The notes under the pieces are model-generated. The model did no database searches. It saw only the letters and a list, made by a program, of their open reading frames with translations, and was not told the origin of the DNA. From Yuukianura sp. NJ FZ-2021 (Eukaryota), in the NCBI GenBank assembly GCA_046563655.1, contig CM102285.1, forward strand, positions 15,252,001 through 15,316,000: 64,000 nt of DNA, written 5' to 3'. Made by a program: the position numbers and the translations under genes. Positions 51,059 to 64,000 of the stretch are shown in pieces (the first letter of the stretch is position 1; each line of letters begins with the position of its first letter).

Positions 51059-54000
51059 TCTCTTTAGTCTCAAAATGTTTTTGTTAAGTACAGAGAAAGG
51101 AAGTAAAAGTAAGAAATGGACCAAGAAGTAATCGAGAGACACCACGGCAGTTGATGAGTCCTTTGCGTGTGAAGCATTTGAATTTTGGAGAAAACTCAAC
51201 TGCAAAACCAAAATGGAGAGAAAGTTGAAGGAAAGCATGATGCATGTAATTTCCATTGGACTTTCCCGGTGTTATTATGCCACATTTGGATGAACTCAAG
51301 ATGAAAGATGATGGAAAATGGTGAAAATAGGTGTTCTCACAGTCACTTTACCTCCCAGAATTAGTTCTTTGCGTTCATTGGCCGAAGGTTGGAGCTACTT
51401 CCTGTTTGTGTGTAATTTGGCAGTGGTGACATCGGAAAAGAACACGAAAGGAAAGACGCAGATTTTATTAGTCGTAACTTTAGGAAAAATAAGTACGGAG
51501 CTGTAGGAAGAGGGCCCTTTGGATCCTATTCTGGAGGTGGATCATAAAAATGGGAGATGTAATTGCTACTTTCAAAACACTTTTACGACAGTTCGGAAAA
51601 GAGAGGGAGAGGTGGGGATGTCGTTAAAGTTATTATTGAAAACACATTTATTTATGCTCATATTTTAGCATCCAAACCCCCAATTCGCAAAAAGAGCGGA
51701 TGGAAGTATGAAGTTGGAGGGAGGTGTTCTGGTTGAGGGAAGTTGAAGTTGGCTGGATCTGAGGTCAGAGATGTTGTGAAGATGCAGTTGGTGTCCTTGC
51801 AGAGGAGGGTGAATGGGCCATAACAATTCCCCAGGCGAATTGTGAGCAGGATTTTTACGACAGAGTGCATTCGCAATTTCGCATTTCCCCCCATCTGCTA
51901 AGGCTCTAAATCCAAAATGAAACCAAGAACTTTTAAGCTGAACTGCTTTGAGGACGCACTTTAATGGCTACCTTTTAAGTCCCCCTCCATGACAACGCTC
52001 CCTTCATCTCCCGTATCGCTTCGGCAGAATGGGTTTCACTTCCAAATTCCCGCATCAAAAATTCCACCTTATGCCATGTCAACTCCTGTTCTACCTCAAA
52101 TCCATCAAAACTAAATCATAAACCAACTCCTGTGATTCCAACAAATAGAAAAGCACAATTACTAAACAGCATCAATTCATTTATACACTCTTGATCTCAA
52201 GATACGAAGACACGGGGCTGGAGGTCAAGTCAGGTTCAGAAGTTAGAATTGCTCAATAGAAACAGAACATCATTTAAATCCTCAAATTGAAAGGTTTGGT
52301 TAGTCTCGTTTGTGCCTTGAAATTGAATGCATTTGTGATGCTTCCCATTGATAAAAAGTCATGTTCACTCAGAAGGCCTCATAAATGTGGATTCTTGTTT
52401 TGCACAAGTTTGCATTGTGTTTTACATTTTCTCATAAAGTTTGCCTGTTGCGAAACTACACAAAATTAGCTACGTCCAGGTAACACTCCATGGCAAACGC
52501 CCCAATTAAACTTACAACATCCTCCATTTGAGCTCAATTACTCACGTAAATCACCAGTACATTCCCCACTGCAACTCTAATCTCATCAAATCTCACAAGA
52601 AATAAAAAGTTAGGAGAGTTGGAATTGTAAATCAAAGAAGCAGCAGCAAAATCCAAAGACCTAATCAAAACAAGCAGATTCTCCCGTTTTAGATTACCTA
52701 GAATTTTTATAACAGAAGGATTCTTGTGCCTCTGATTTTTTCATAATTCTAAAGAGTGACGTTGAACTTTGAATAATTGAGCGTGTTGGTTGCCGATGGT
52801 AAATTATCCTGAGATGTGATTCTGTTAAATTCTGAACGTCGTTTAGTTGAGAAGAAGAGTCGGAAGAACATGGATAAGTTCCCATTGTGTAGTCGACACA
52901 AATACTACACTCACTCCCATAACTTCCCTCTCCCAAACCATGAAAAGTCTCAGTCTGCATTAAGCCTCCGCACAAACACTTTCTCTCTTCTCCACTCTCC
53001 AGGTGAAAGTACACCAAACTAATTGTGTCCTCGCACACGCTCTTCCCACGCTCCACTTTTTACAACAAAGTGAAAAACTCAAAGTGGAATTCATAATTTC
53101 ATGTGATAATTTCCAAATTAAACATTCATTTTGCTCAGTCCTTGACACGAGAGGAGCCAACTTTACTTCCTGTTCAATTCCAACTGTGGATCAAAGCTAC
53201 TCCCTCCTGATTGCTGGCCTCTCGGAAACGAGTTTGAGGATTTTGAAGGTAAATGACATAAATCAATTCTCTTTCCCCACTTTTCAACTCTGCAACTTAT
53301 TCACTTCCTTTCACAATTTACAAAAGAAAACACGGAAAAGGACAGTCCAACTACCATTCAATTTTTGTTGGAACAATTTGGCGGAATGGTTGAGTGGAAT
53401 TGAGGCGTAGAGTTGACATGGTTTTGGGCAGATTCGGAGAGAGAGATGTTTGGATGACCTCGAGGAGTGTGATACCTCAATGGAACTGCATTTCATTTGT
53501 GGGTTTCCTATCAAGAGATTCAGTTGGCCACGAGCCACATTGGCCTGTCACTTCATTGCGGTTTCCATTGAGGAACACACATGAGGAAAAGATAGAGTCT
53601 CAAGGAACAATTGATACACTGGAGTATGCAACTAATAAGGCCATTGACACTTCAACAACACAAGCGCATCATACTTTGCATTTGAGAGGTTGAAAGGCCG
53701 CTTCCTTTCCAGCACCTCTCAAAAATCGATTCGGAATTGGAAAGAAACCCTGCACGCTCCAGAGAGGAAATGAACAAGTGCTTTTGTGCAATTCACAACC
53801 TCTGATCTCCTAACATCACTCAAAAGAATGTTCAAAATGTCCCACTCCAGACTCTACATTCTTATTAAATTGTTGAAGAACAGACACTCTTACAACGTCC
53901 TTGCATCAGAGAGTGATCGTGTTTTTTATTTGGCAGAAAGGTTTGCTTGACGACCCAGAGGGCAATTCAAAGTGACAAGGTGCTTGGAAAGCGAATGGAA

Positions 54001-55139
54001 ACTTTAACAAAGTTTACGTAAAAGCAGGAAATCCAAAACAACTTTCCTATTTTGAGTGTGAGGGGAGACAGATCGGAGGAGAGAGAAGGTGACTGTAGTC
54101 GTGGTTCAAACTGTGCTTTAATTGGACTGAGACCTTGTGAATTGGCGTCCATCCACAGTCTTCTTTTAGATGTTTCCCAGAGTGGAGATCAGAAATTAAG
54201 CTCCTTTGACTTTTGATTTGTTCATTTGCGTGAGTGGAAGTGAGGGAGCGTGTGTTGCGGATTGGTGGGGAGCATTTAGAGAAGCCCGTTACCCGCTTTC
54301 CGCCCTTTTTCCGCTCACTGTTTAATTAGTGGCGGAGATTCCTTTGACGAGTGGAAATTGAGTCTTTGAATTCCAGGAGAGTGGATTGGAGTATGTTTTA
54401 GAGAAATTGTGTGGGATTTCCTGTCGTCCCAAGAGAGAAAGTGGCCCACAACAATCCACACTTCTGCAGGAGAACAAAAGAGTCCTTTCCCACAACCAAA
54501 TCCAATCTTCACTTTCCCCACAGAACAACTTCGAATTGGATCCACTTCAAACCAACTTCAAAATCATCAAAACTCTACTCCAAGTCACTCTGCCCAACTA
54601 ACATTCAAATCAACTCCTTCAAATGAGGTAAAACGTAGGAAATTCAGAACCTACACCTTTCACCTTCTCAATATTCGCTCCTACTTGTTGCATGTTTAGA
54701 CGCCAGCCAAACCATTTCTTTTTGTCCTCTACCAAAATTCACAAAAAGTTTCCTCTTGGAATCGCTAACTACTCTCTTTTAATTTTGTTGTTTGGAACAC
54801 AAAACTGCGGCGTCAGCTAACAGAACAACAATCTTCACTGTATTCCTATCCCCCGCCCCGCTGGAGACGGAGAATAGGATAAGTGGGGTGTTGAAAATGT
54901 AGAATTGAACTTTGAAATGAGAGTAATAAAGTGGTTATTCCTCTCTTGTTTTCAGTTAAACGAAATGGCTCATGTTTCCTGAGAACAGCGAAGGGACGTC
55001 AAAACAAAGGACTCGGCGCTCCTTTGCCTTCTCACTCTCCAATAAACAAACTAAATTAACTGACTTGTTTTCCAAAATGTGACACCGCCACTTTGACACT
55101 TTGAAACAACGACAACTAGTGCCACTTTGATGACGTAGG

Positions 55140-58100
55140 ATGAGGGCCACTGTGGTGTTGGCCACCGTGCTCTTGACGCTGGGCGGAGGTGTCTCTGTCT
55201 GCGACAAACCAACGTTCATCCACCTCACAGAACCCAACGGAGTCATCGCAACACGCAACTTCCCACGCCCCTTCCAAACACCGCTCTGCGTCCACTGGCT
55301 CATCGACTCTCAGAAACCATACACAATCTTCAACACTTCTGCCAACCACTTCAGCAACGGAAAGAGAATTCGCGTCTACTTGACGCAACTTTACCTCAAG
55401 GAGAACCTCACTTTCACTGACTACATCAAGTACCCATTCCCCAATGGACAAGACATGGAGGACAACGAACACAACTCCGTAAGGAGACAGGGTGTGGACA
55501 CCGGATTCAGCAGACATCCAATCCCTCGCTTCGTGTCAGACGACTCCAACTCCACGACGATCGTGTCGGCCTACGCAACTGAACTCCGATTCCTCGGAAT
55601 TCAACTGGAACTGCACACTCCCTACGCCAGACATCTCCGAGCCACCAACTTTCTCCACACCTACGGATTCAATATCACTTACTCCATCGTGGATGAACAA
55701 ATCCACGAGCAGGATTTCAAGAAGAGAGACAGTTGCAGTGTGAGCAACTGCTCTTATGCAGGGGACTGCCACGTCTCCAGTGACTACAGGTCAATTACAC
55801 TTAAATTCTGAACTAATTCCTTTAAATTCAATTAGTTTTTGAAATTAGTTGTAATATTTGCAGAAGATTCAGTTGCAGTTGCTACGAGGGGAGACATGGG
55901 GACTACTGCGAGTACAACAGCGAGACTTGTGACCCCCGCTACAATGTCACTTTCTGTCGCAACGGAGGAACTTGCAAGTGAGTCATTTCCACTCTCATAT
56001 CCAATTTCTTTTTACTTCTGTCGACGCCACTTGCTCATTCTAAATCTCCTTTTCCCTTACGACTTCATTTAACTTGTTTGTCACTTTGACATTGTTCACT
56101 CTCGACGTCAAAGTCAAACTCTAACTCTGCACCTACTCTTTTGCAGAATATTGAATTGACTGTAAAAGATTGAAATGAATCACTAAAATCAGCACAAGTA
56201 GATTGTACATAATTAATACACATCAATATAATACAAGCAGAACATTTACATATGGAATTTACAGTAATCGCATGTAGGACAACCACAACATTATTAGTTA
56301 GATTCTTAGGTAGTTTCCACATTATCTGCTAAAATCATTCGTTTCCTTTCAGTTTTGTTCAACTAATTCCTTTCAAGCATCTGACTCGACACAAATTGTT
56401 TAGAGAAAGCGTAGTGCGGTTTGTACAAGTGGATTTGAAATGGTGCTAATTGTTGAGAAAGTGAAAGTGATTTGAGGGACTTTCCCTGGGCACAGGTAAT
56501 AGTTGAATGGACTTTGTAATTCCCTTCACTCCGCTTGACGTCTCCTTCCAGACTTACTTTGTGACCACTTGACTTTTGGACAAGTTGAAAAGTGGCCTTA
56601 GGAGACAAAGAGACAGATGATCATTAAGTTTTCATCCCTCACTCCTAAATCCAGAATCCAAAGGATTCCGCTAGAAAACTACTTTATCCAATTTTGGAAA
56701 GTGGAGCACATGGAGTTAATTAGAAATTGAAAGAAGAGAACCACTGGAGGCTGAGGTGCTAATGAGCAAAAGTCCATGGGACGTTCTCCTAATTTGAGGA
56801 ATTAAAAAGTGAGCAACTTTGCTTCCTGACATGCCCAGACAACTGCTGGTCCTGACACATCCACAGCCACAATCCACCTTCCAGTGCCTCAGCGGAGAAA
56901 GCAACACTTTGAAAACTTGTACTTACAGAAAAGCAAGACTTTGAGTAGAAACTACTTCCAGCTACTCAAACATCAGTCACAACTCAAATTCATTCACAAT
57001 TCCGCTTTCTCCACTCACAATTTCACTAGGAGATGCTGGAATTGGGAAATTCAAATTAGAAGCCCCCTGCGATACAACAACCAACTTTCTAGATCAAAAG
57101 TCTCCGCAGTCAAATTATTCTTTCCGAAATGACTTTTGGAAATTATTCCTCTGACTTTCACTCCCAATTCCTTCTCCCCTCAGCCTCCCTTATTGTGGTT
57201 CAATCAAAAATCCAAAAACAAAGGTTCAAAGCGAAGGAATTTGAATTCAAAGATGAAAGTCTGTTTAGAGTCCGAGATGAAAGTGGATTTGGACTTTGAA
57301 GAGAAAGTGGATTTTAATTGTGAGTTTGTGTTTAGAATGCAGGCCCCTGGAGTGGGAGTTTGCTTTTGTCCCAATGGATACGGTGGACCTCTGTGCGGAG
57401 TGAAACTGGAGTCTGCTGTCAAAGGTAAATCAAACAACTTTCTCCTCTCACAATTTTTCGGAATGAAAAAGATTGGAAAGAGAAGTTCCCTTGCATTGAC
57501 ACGCTCCCTCCGCAGGAACCTGTGTGCATGTAAAGTGAGGATTTCCTGTCCCCATTCCCTCCTAAACTCTTAAGTTCCATTTGGAGAAAGTTATGCAAAG
57601 CCAAGTGCACCCAACAACTTTCTACTGACCTTGAAAGTGGAAGTGGAAAAGCCATCTCTCTTCATCTCCTGCACTTTCCTCAGTTCTATTCTAGGCAAAG
57701 GGGGATTTGGAATGTTTTCCCACACCCTTGAACTTTGACTACTTCCCAAAAGCTTCCTAACAACGAGCGAGAGCATTAAGGGATTAGAAGGCGCCACAAA
57801 GTCATCAAGACAACGTCTTAAGTGTCCCTATTCACAGACCATATTTTACAAATTAGAAAGTACAAGTGGAGGGAATGGTTGAGTGAAAGTAAATTAGCCA
57901 ATTTAGGTAATTGCAATGCGGAATCAGGAGCTTAAATTAATTTAAACTTGGAGTGGAAGCTAGGAACTGCAGGGAGTAACTATTTTCCTGCTCCAGTTCC
58001 AGAAGAATTTTGTAGTCTAGAAATAGAGAAATTGAGTCTTACCTTGTCTGCTACTTGTAGAATGTCCTGGTCCAGAATGTGACGAAGTTTGTGGAGATGA

Positions 58101-61100
58101 ATCCGGGAGTGCTCATCGTCCCTGTTCCTGTCACAAGGGCAGAAGCATACCCAAAGGTCAGTCCATAGTGGCTCTTATTGGTTGACGTTGTGATGACTTC
58201 TGTTTATGAAGGTGTTGGATGGATGCGGTTCGAAGTGATGTTGCAAACTTTTGAAGAGTTGCCAGTCAGGGACTTCCGGTCAGACAGAGAACAGATTCCA
58301 GCGGCAGACTGGAAGCTGAAATCAGAAATTGAGAAAGCAATTAGAGACAAACTGGACAAAGTCCCTGGACTCGAAGGGATTGACACGAGCGTAGCAGTCG
58401 TCTCTTTCGGGTAACTACCATGCTATTACTCAAGTAGAAAGTTAAGATAAGCAACAAAGACGTTAAATATCAAAGTGTGAGCTAGTCTGTTGACGTATGT
58501 CCATTAATTAAGTCTATTTTCGACGTTGCAGCATTGCATCGACGATTAATTTCCAGTACTTTGCTCCGAATGAGGAGCTGGGAAGGGAAGAACTGGTAAA
58601 GAAGCCACTCACCTCTGGACCACTCTTTCCCATCCAGCAATTGAGCGACACATTCAAGATTAACTCTTATCCAGCTCTCACACTAACGGTAAGTCATCTC
58701 AACCTCCATTTTGTCCATGTTCAGTCGTTTCTTTCCTGTTTCCAGAAGTTATTCAGAAGTGGAGCTCCAGCTCCTCTTAAAGTTGGGGAGGCCTTTGACC
58801 TCCACTGCGAAGCTCAAGGATCAGCCACGGTCAAGTTCCGATGGTTCAAAGAGGGGCTTCCGATTGACAAAACACTCGCAACCCGGTACTATTTTGCCTA
58901 TTTTTGACAAAGTAGACATTAATTAAGATTAATGTAACTGCTGAATAGAGAAATCAACGAGCAGTCTTACGTGTTTCCGAAGTCCGTGCGAAAGTCGATT
59001 CTTATGTTCACTTCTTCGACACTGGAGGACCGTGGTGTGTTCACTTGTGAGGTGAGACATGACACTGCTGGAAAACTTTAGCTACTGGAAGATGTGTATG
59101 GAACTGAACTTGTGTTTCTAGGTGTCTGACATGGGGGAGGAACAATGTCTGGAGATAACTGTTGAAGTAGTTGCCCCTCCGTATATCCTGGTGGATCCCA
59201 TGAGTGTCACACTGGAAGAGGTGAGTACTTGTAGAAGTTGAGGTCAACTGACACGAAGTGACCTCCCTTAAAAACAAAGAGAAAGTGAGGTCACTGAACA
59301 ACACTGAAAAGAGGGAGACAAAAAAAAAGAGGGAGAGAAAAAGAAGAGACAAAAAAGAGGGAGACAAAGAGGGAGAAAATGGAAGGATCTTTTTCATGAA
59401 GAGACGCCATCGCATCACGTGATCACTCTCCCCGCCAAATCCCACTTTTTGAATTTCAAAATAAAAAAACCAAAACATATGATAGGGAAAACAAAAGAAA
59501 AGAGAAGATTAATTGAATTGTTAATTATTCTAATCAATTAATTGGTTAATTGAACTCGTAATTATCGTAATTAATTTGATAATTGAATGAACTAATTCAT
59601 ATTATAATTGTTTAAAGGATGAAGAGGACCAAGTGATTACTTGTGTTTCTGAGAACGAGACGCCAAAGCACAACTTTTCTTACATTTGGGAGCGGGATGG
59701 GAGTGTGATTCGTGACAGAGGTCACTGGACGAACGAGGTCATTGAAGATCTGTACCCTTATGGATCTCTCCTTCGCATTGGCAAAGCACAACACTCTGCC
59801 ACTTACTCTTGTCGAGTCACCAACTTCGCAGGTTAGCATAAATTCAACAAGAGGTAATTCATTATATGTCAATGTTCAAATGTTGCTTACTTGTTTTCGT
59901 AGGATGGAACCAGACGTCCATTGATGTCCGTGTTTTGGACCGACGCTACTTGAGCTTCTGCCCCAAGATCTTCGACGACTATGGAATTCCGTGGAATCGA
60001 ACAGCCATGGGCCAGTTGGCCAAACGCTGGTGTCCCAATGGCTTCCTCGGATTTGCACAAAGAACATGTCAGAAACAAGATGGAAATCCTGTATGGGGAC
60101 ACAGTGATTTCTCCAAATGCTTCGCCAAAGAACTCAGAGAGTTGACCAAACATGTAATCCATCTTACCAAAGTATCAACTTCATCCTCTTTTTAATGAAC
60201 TCCTTCTAAAGTTTCCCAATTGTGTTGGTAGGAACCTGTAACAAGTTTACAAAGAATTAGCACAGCGTCTCCGAATTCCTAATTAGCTTGTTAGCTCTCC
60301 ACTAATTTTCACCTGAGCGAGAAAAGTTTTGAGGAAACTCTTCCTTTAGCTGGAGATTCATAAAAGTGCATAGATTGCATTGTGCTCTCATTTCTTGCTT
60401 CCTCATGCCTTTCTACTTCTATCCAGAGATCAAAAGTTCATAATGAATAATTTCTGAATTTCAGCTCCAAATTCTAAGGATGGGATTCGCCAACAAGACG
60501 CAGATATTCCTACTGACGCAAAAGCTGATCAACTATCTGAGTCGCAAGAGTTTTCTGTATGTCGGAGAAGGGGAGACTGTGATTGAAGTGCTCACAGACA
60601 TTGGGAATTATGCAATTCACAGAAAAGATGTAACATCTTCAATTAAATTTAAAAAGTTGAACAATTTCAATTTGTACCTTGTGTGTTTGTAGGCCATCGA
60701 CAAAACGAATGATCTCTTCATGCGGAGTTTCATGAACGCAACGGCCCTGTTTCTTCGCTTTCCAGCCTCCTGTTCACATCAAAGCAGCGTTGTAGCACTC
60801 GGACACCTCCTAAGAAAAATGGCAACAAAATTCCCCACGTAAGTTTTTCAAATCTTGAAGATGGGATGATCTTTCTGCCTGATTTTGAGTGAAAGTTGTG
60901 TTTTTAGGGAGACGAATCCTTTCATTTGGGAATCGGATGTTTTCATTCTGGAAAAGTTGCAAATTGCTTCGTCTCCATTTGGCCATCCCTACAGATTTCC
61001 TCTGAGTAGAATCCAGTGGGCCTCGGACTTTTCCCTTCAAATTCCAATGAGTGTCAACGGAAGTCGAGTCAACGAAGGAGCCATTCTCGTCTTCATTGCC

Positions 61101-63628
61101 TTCAGAAACATGAGCGTCATCGCTTTTCCACAAACGAAACACACTCTCGTCCATCCTTTCCGAGTTGCGTCTCCTATCATTTCCATCAGTTCGCAGTCAC
61201 TGCCGAAGTACACGCACTCTGCTCCTCTCAAACTCACTTTCAAGCTCCCCGCAACAATGAGGGAAGAAATTATGGTGCGATCAAGGAAAAACTTCAGTTG
61301 CGGAGGAATGGAAAGTCTGAGGAATGACAACGGAATTTCATGGACTCCAAACGCATGCACGCCCAATCAATTTGTGGACAACGGAACAGTAGAGTGCATT
61401 TGCGAACACTTTGGCCAATTTGCACTTCTGCATTCGGACATTGGCTTGGTAAGAATGAATGAAGTAAGAAACTTAAGTCTAAGTAAACTAGAAACTAAAA
61501 TTGAACTGTTTCCAGACTGCTCCTCCCCCTACGACATTGAGCATGCACTGGTCACTCATCCTGGGGACGGTCGTTTTAGTGGCTGGATGTTCACTCACGA
61601 TCATCTGCATTCTCGTTCACATTGAATTCCACTTTTCTCCACACAGTCTCTACACAATCAAACTCATCGTCTGCTCCACCCTCATCTTCACCCATCTTGT
61701 CATCCTCTCACTACGGGTTGGAATTAATTCCTAGTTCAACTGCTCAATTTAAAAATTATATTTAACTCAACAACCAATTGAATTAATTGTTTCTTTTGGA
61801 TTTCAGAGCGAAGTGTCGTCAATTGGCCTGTCGACGGCCTTCTGCTCCCTCACCCTCCTGTCTCTGGCCACCCAACTCACGAAGCCACTCGTCATTTTGG
61901 TGTCCAATCAACTGGATTTGTACCCCTGTCTACGATCCATGTCCACTCTCACTCTCGTCCTCACTTTGTTCCTTGTGAGTGCATTGCCAATCTGGACAGC
62001 AGCCATCGCCCTCTCACACTGGAGATCCAAAGCCATCTCTACTCTTGGTCACCACATTCAGCTCAGGAATAACTCTGTCCTCAGCCAAGACTCATCTCTC
62101 TTCGGCATCTTTGCAGTCATCGTGGCTGTTATGGCCATTGCTTTCTTCTACTTTGCCACTAAAGCATTCCTCAAACTCAGAACACTCACAATCCAAGTCA
62201 ACTCGGGCAAAGCACAATTCATAGACTACAGGCAAGCAACTAATTCCTACTTTTAAAAACCATCTTTCTAATGTGCTGATGAATCTAAATTCAGAATCTA
62301 ATCTAAAACGAATCTAAATCACAGGATGCAAATCCTCACTCGTTCCGTCATTGTTACCATCGCCACTTTGCTCACAGTGGTCACTGGCATTCTGCACATC
62401 AACATGGAATCTCACTTGTACCACCATCTATTTGGACTCTTGGCACTTGTCACCGTGAGACCATCACATTTTCACTCTTTTTCTTAAAATAACTTAAGAT
62501 TTGTATTAAAATATTATTATATTTATATTCTTAAATTATAAATATTTTTTTAATATTTAGGGACTGATTGTCTTTCTCTGCTACACCGTCAAAAGCGAGT
62601 ATCCAATTCCACATCGTCTCCTCCACTACTTCTCGCAAGATCCATACTCTGACATGAGTGACCCCGACAAGTTGTTGACCATCAGAAGCGTGGACAGGGA
62701 AAGACGAAGCCAGAGCAGAACTCCACAAAAAACACTGGAAAATGGACAAGTAGCCTCAATTCTTCTCCCACAAAATCAGTACATGACGGAGTCTCACCGC
62801 GAGAGAACAACCACATTTGATTCCATCAACTCTGGACTGCTGAGTGAGGCTGAAACAACTATAGAAACCATCGGAGGCAGCTCCATCCTCTCCACATCCT
62901 CCGGACGAAGGGATTCTTTGGCCATGCGCAGTTGTTCCGTCTCTGACAAACGACCATCAGTAGTTTCAAACGGAGTGTGCAGATCTCTCACGAATCCATC
63001 CAACATTACTTCTTCTACTCGTCCACTCCTCCATCAGACTCATGTTTGTTCCGGAGTTTGTCGGAGAGCTAGAAAGGAAAGATCTTTCTCTTGCGGAGGC
63101 GGAAGTTGTGGCCAAATCAAACCAGACAGAGGGCGTTGCCTCATTCGGGAAATCGAGGCGGCTGACTATGTGCTTCCTTCCAAGGGCCCCTCGGACACTT
63201 TACCACTGCAGACGCGCAAGGGCCCTCCTCTGCCCACTGATCTCTGTCCCACTGGCTACATGGATGTCGTCAACTCCAGACCTTCGACGGATCTAAGCAC
63301 CTTTGACCCCCAGTTCCTCAAGGGGTCTCCACTCAGACATGAAGCTCTCTACGAAAGTATCAAATATGAAAGTGTCAAGGGGTCCCTGCAATGCCCAACG
63401 AATGACCAAGTTCCGACTGTGAGGACTCCGTTTGTGACGAACGGAGTGCGAGGGGGCAAGAAGGACCCTTTGCCCCCCACTCCAGCCGAACTAAGTACCC
63501 TGACCAACCACTTTGTGACGAAGTCTGACCCGAATGTCAAAGCGACGCTCAGGAGACTTGACCTGCTGGAGAAGGAAGGGATGGGTGGATTCCGATCCAT
63601 TCCGTTTGGAGCCCAGAGCTTGCACTGA
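55140..63628 (+). CDS. Adhesion-type GPCR: signal peptide, CUB-like, EGF-like repeats, SEA-like segment, 2 Ig, HRM, GAIN/GPS, 7TM and a long cytoplasmic tail; 18 exons
   Basis: In-frame exons: 55140-55789, 55864-55977, 57336-57424, 58061-58155, 58212-58410, 58532-58688, 58746-58885, 58949-59051, 59122-59220, 59618-59831, 59903-60153, 60465-60629, 60693-60838, 60908-61447, 61516-61715, 61807-62231, 62325-62454, 62561-63628. Motifs include GVIATRNFPRPF..CVHWLI, CSCYEGRHGDYCE, CFCPNGYGGPLC, LHCEAQG..FRWFKEG..EDRGVFTC, WNRTAMGQLAKRWCP..AQRTC..VWGHSDFSKC and WTPNAC..VECICEHFGQFALL, followed by seven hydrophobic helices. Confidence 0.88.
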
Positions 63629-63860
63629 TCAGGGTCAAACAAACAGCCAAACTACTCCGAGCCAATGACGAATTATTTTGAGAAGCGATGCATAGTCTTA
63701 TGCATGGACAGTTACCTTATTCATATTTTCCTATTTAGTAAATTAAGTTAAAATGTTAAAATCCACAACTAGTCATTTGTACATTTGCTACAAGTTGCTC
63801 TATTTCTAAGTAGACGACGTTAGAAAGCCCTTGTTCCAATTGTGTCTGTGTCATGTTACC

Positions 63861-63866
63861 AATAAA
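63861..63866 (+). promoter_or_regulatory. Candidate polyadenylation signal of the adhesion GPCR
   Basis: AATAAA about 230 nt after the stop codon. Confidence 0.45.
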
Positions 63867-64000
63867 CTTAAATTCATGTCACTGCAAATCATTTCAACCA
63901 CTTCAATTCATATGCCTCAACAATAGTTTTGTCACTTTCAAAATGTATGTAAGGAAGTTTGGAATGAGAATCAAAGCTAAACTCCCAAGGTTTGCAGAGG

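Noticed and set aside
59300..59385. Purine-rich AAAGAGGGAGAC repeats and the antisense hydrophobic ORF 59041-59478
   Set aside because: This is low-complexity intronic sequence, and the ORF composition follows from it.
1..64000. A functional gene cluster or new multi-gene system linking FLVCR, RMDN1, Myt1, CUB, bestrophin and the adhesion GPCR
   Set aside because: These are unrelated families in mixed orientations, and nothing in the sequence shows co-regulation. Conserved synteny or co-expression data would be needed.

Overview
This is eukaryotic genomic DNA from an animal with short introns (mostly about 55-90 nt). It is most likely an arthropod with a compact genome; that assignment is inferred from the gene content and is not proven. 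Splicing the exons by hand gives eight credible protein-coding genes, in order: a 4-TM protein with PPxY motifs (LAPTM-like, +), an FLVCR-family MFS transporter (-), a secreted Cys-rich and possibly GPI-anchored orphan (+), RMDN1 (+), a Myt1/NZF C2HC zinc-finger factor (+) preceded by about 18 kb of non-coding DNA, a secreted two-CUB-domain protein (-), a bestrophin (+), and an 18-exon adhesion GPCR (+). Non-coding features are a 4.8-kb composite satellite (63-, 56- and 55-bp units), a 34-bp minisatellite nested in 44-bp repeats inside a Myt1 intron, and several MITE/foldback elements. The most notable observations are: the adhesion GPCR has a degenerate GPS (HF|G, no Thr/Ser nucleophile) and lacks the TM3/ECL2 cysteines; two tandem arrays share a nested architecture; and two introns need GC-AG splicing. 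I found no CRISPR array, rRNA, tRNA, intact transposase or clearly new multi-gene system. Most ORFs in the six-frame track look spurious.
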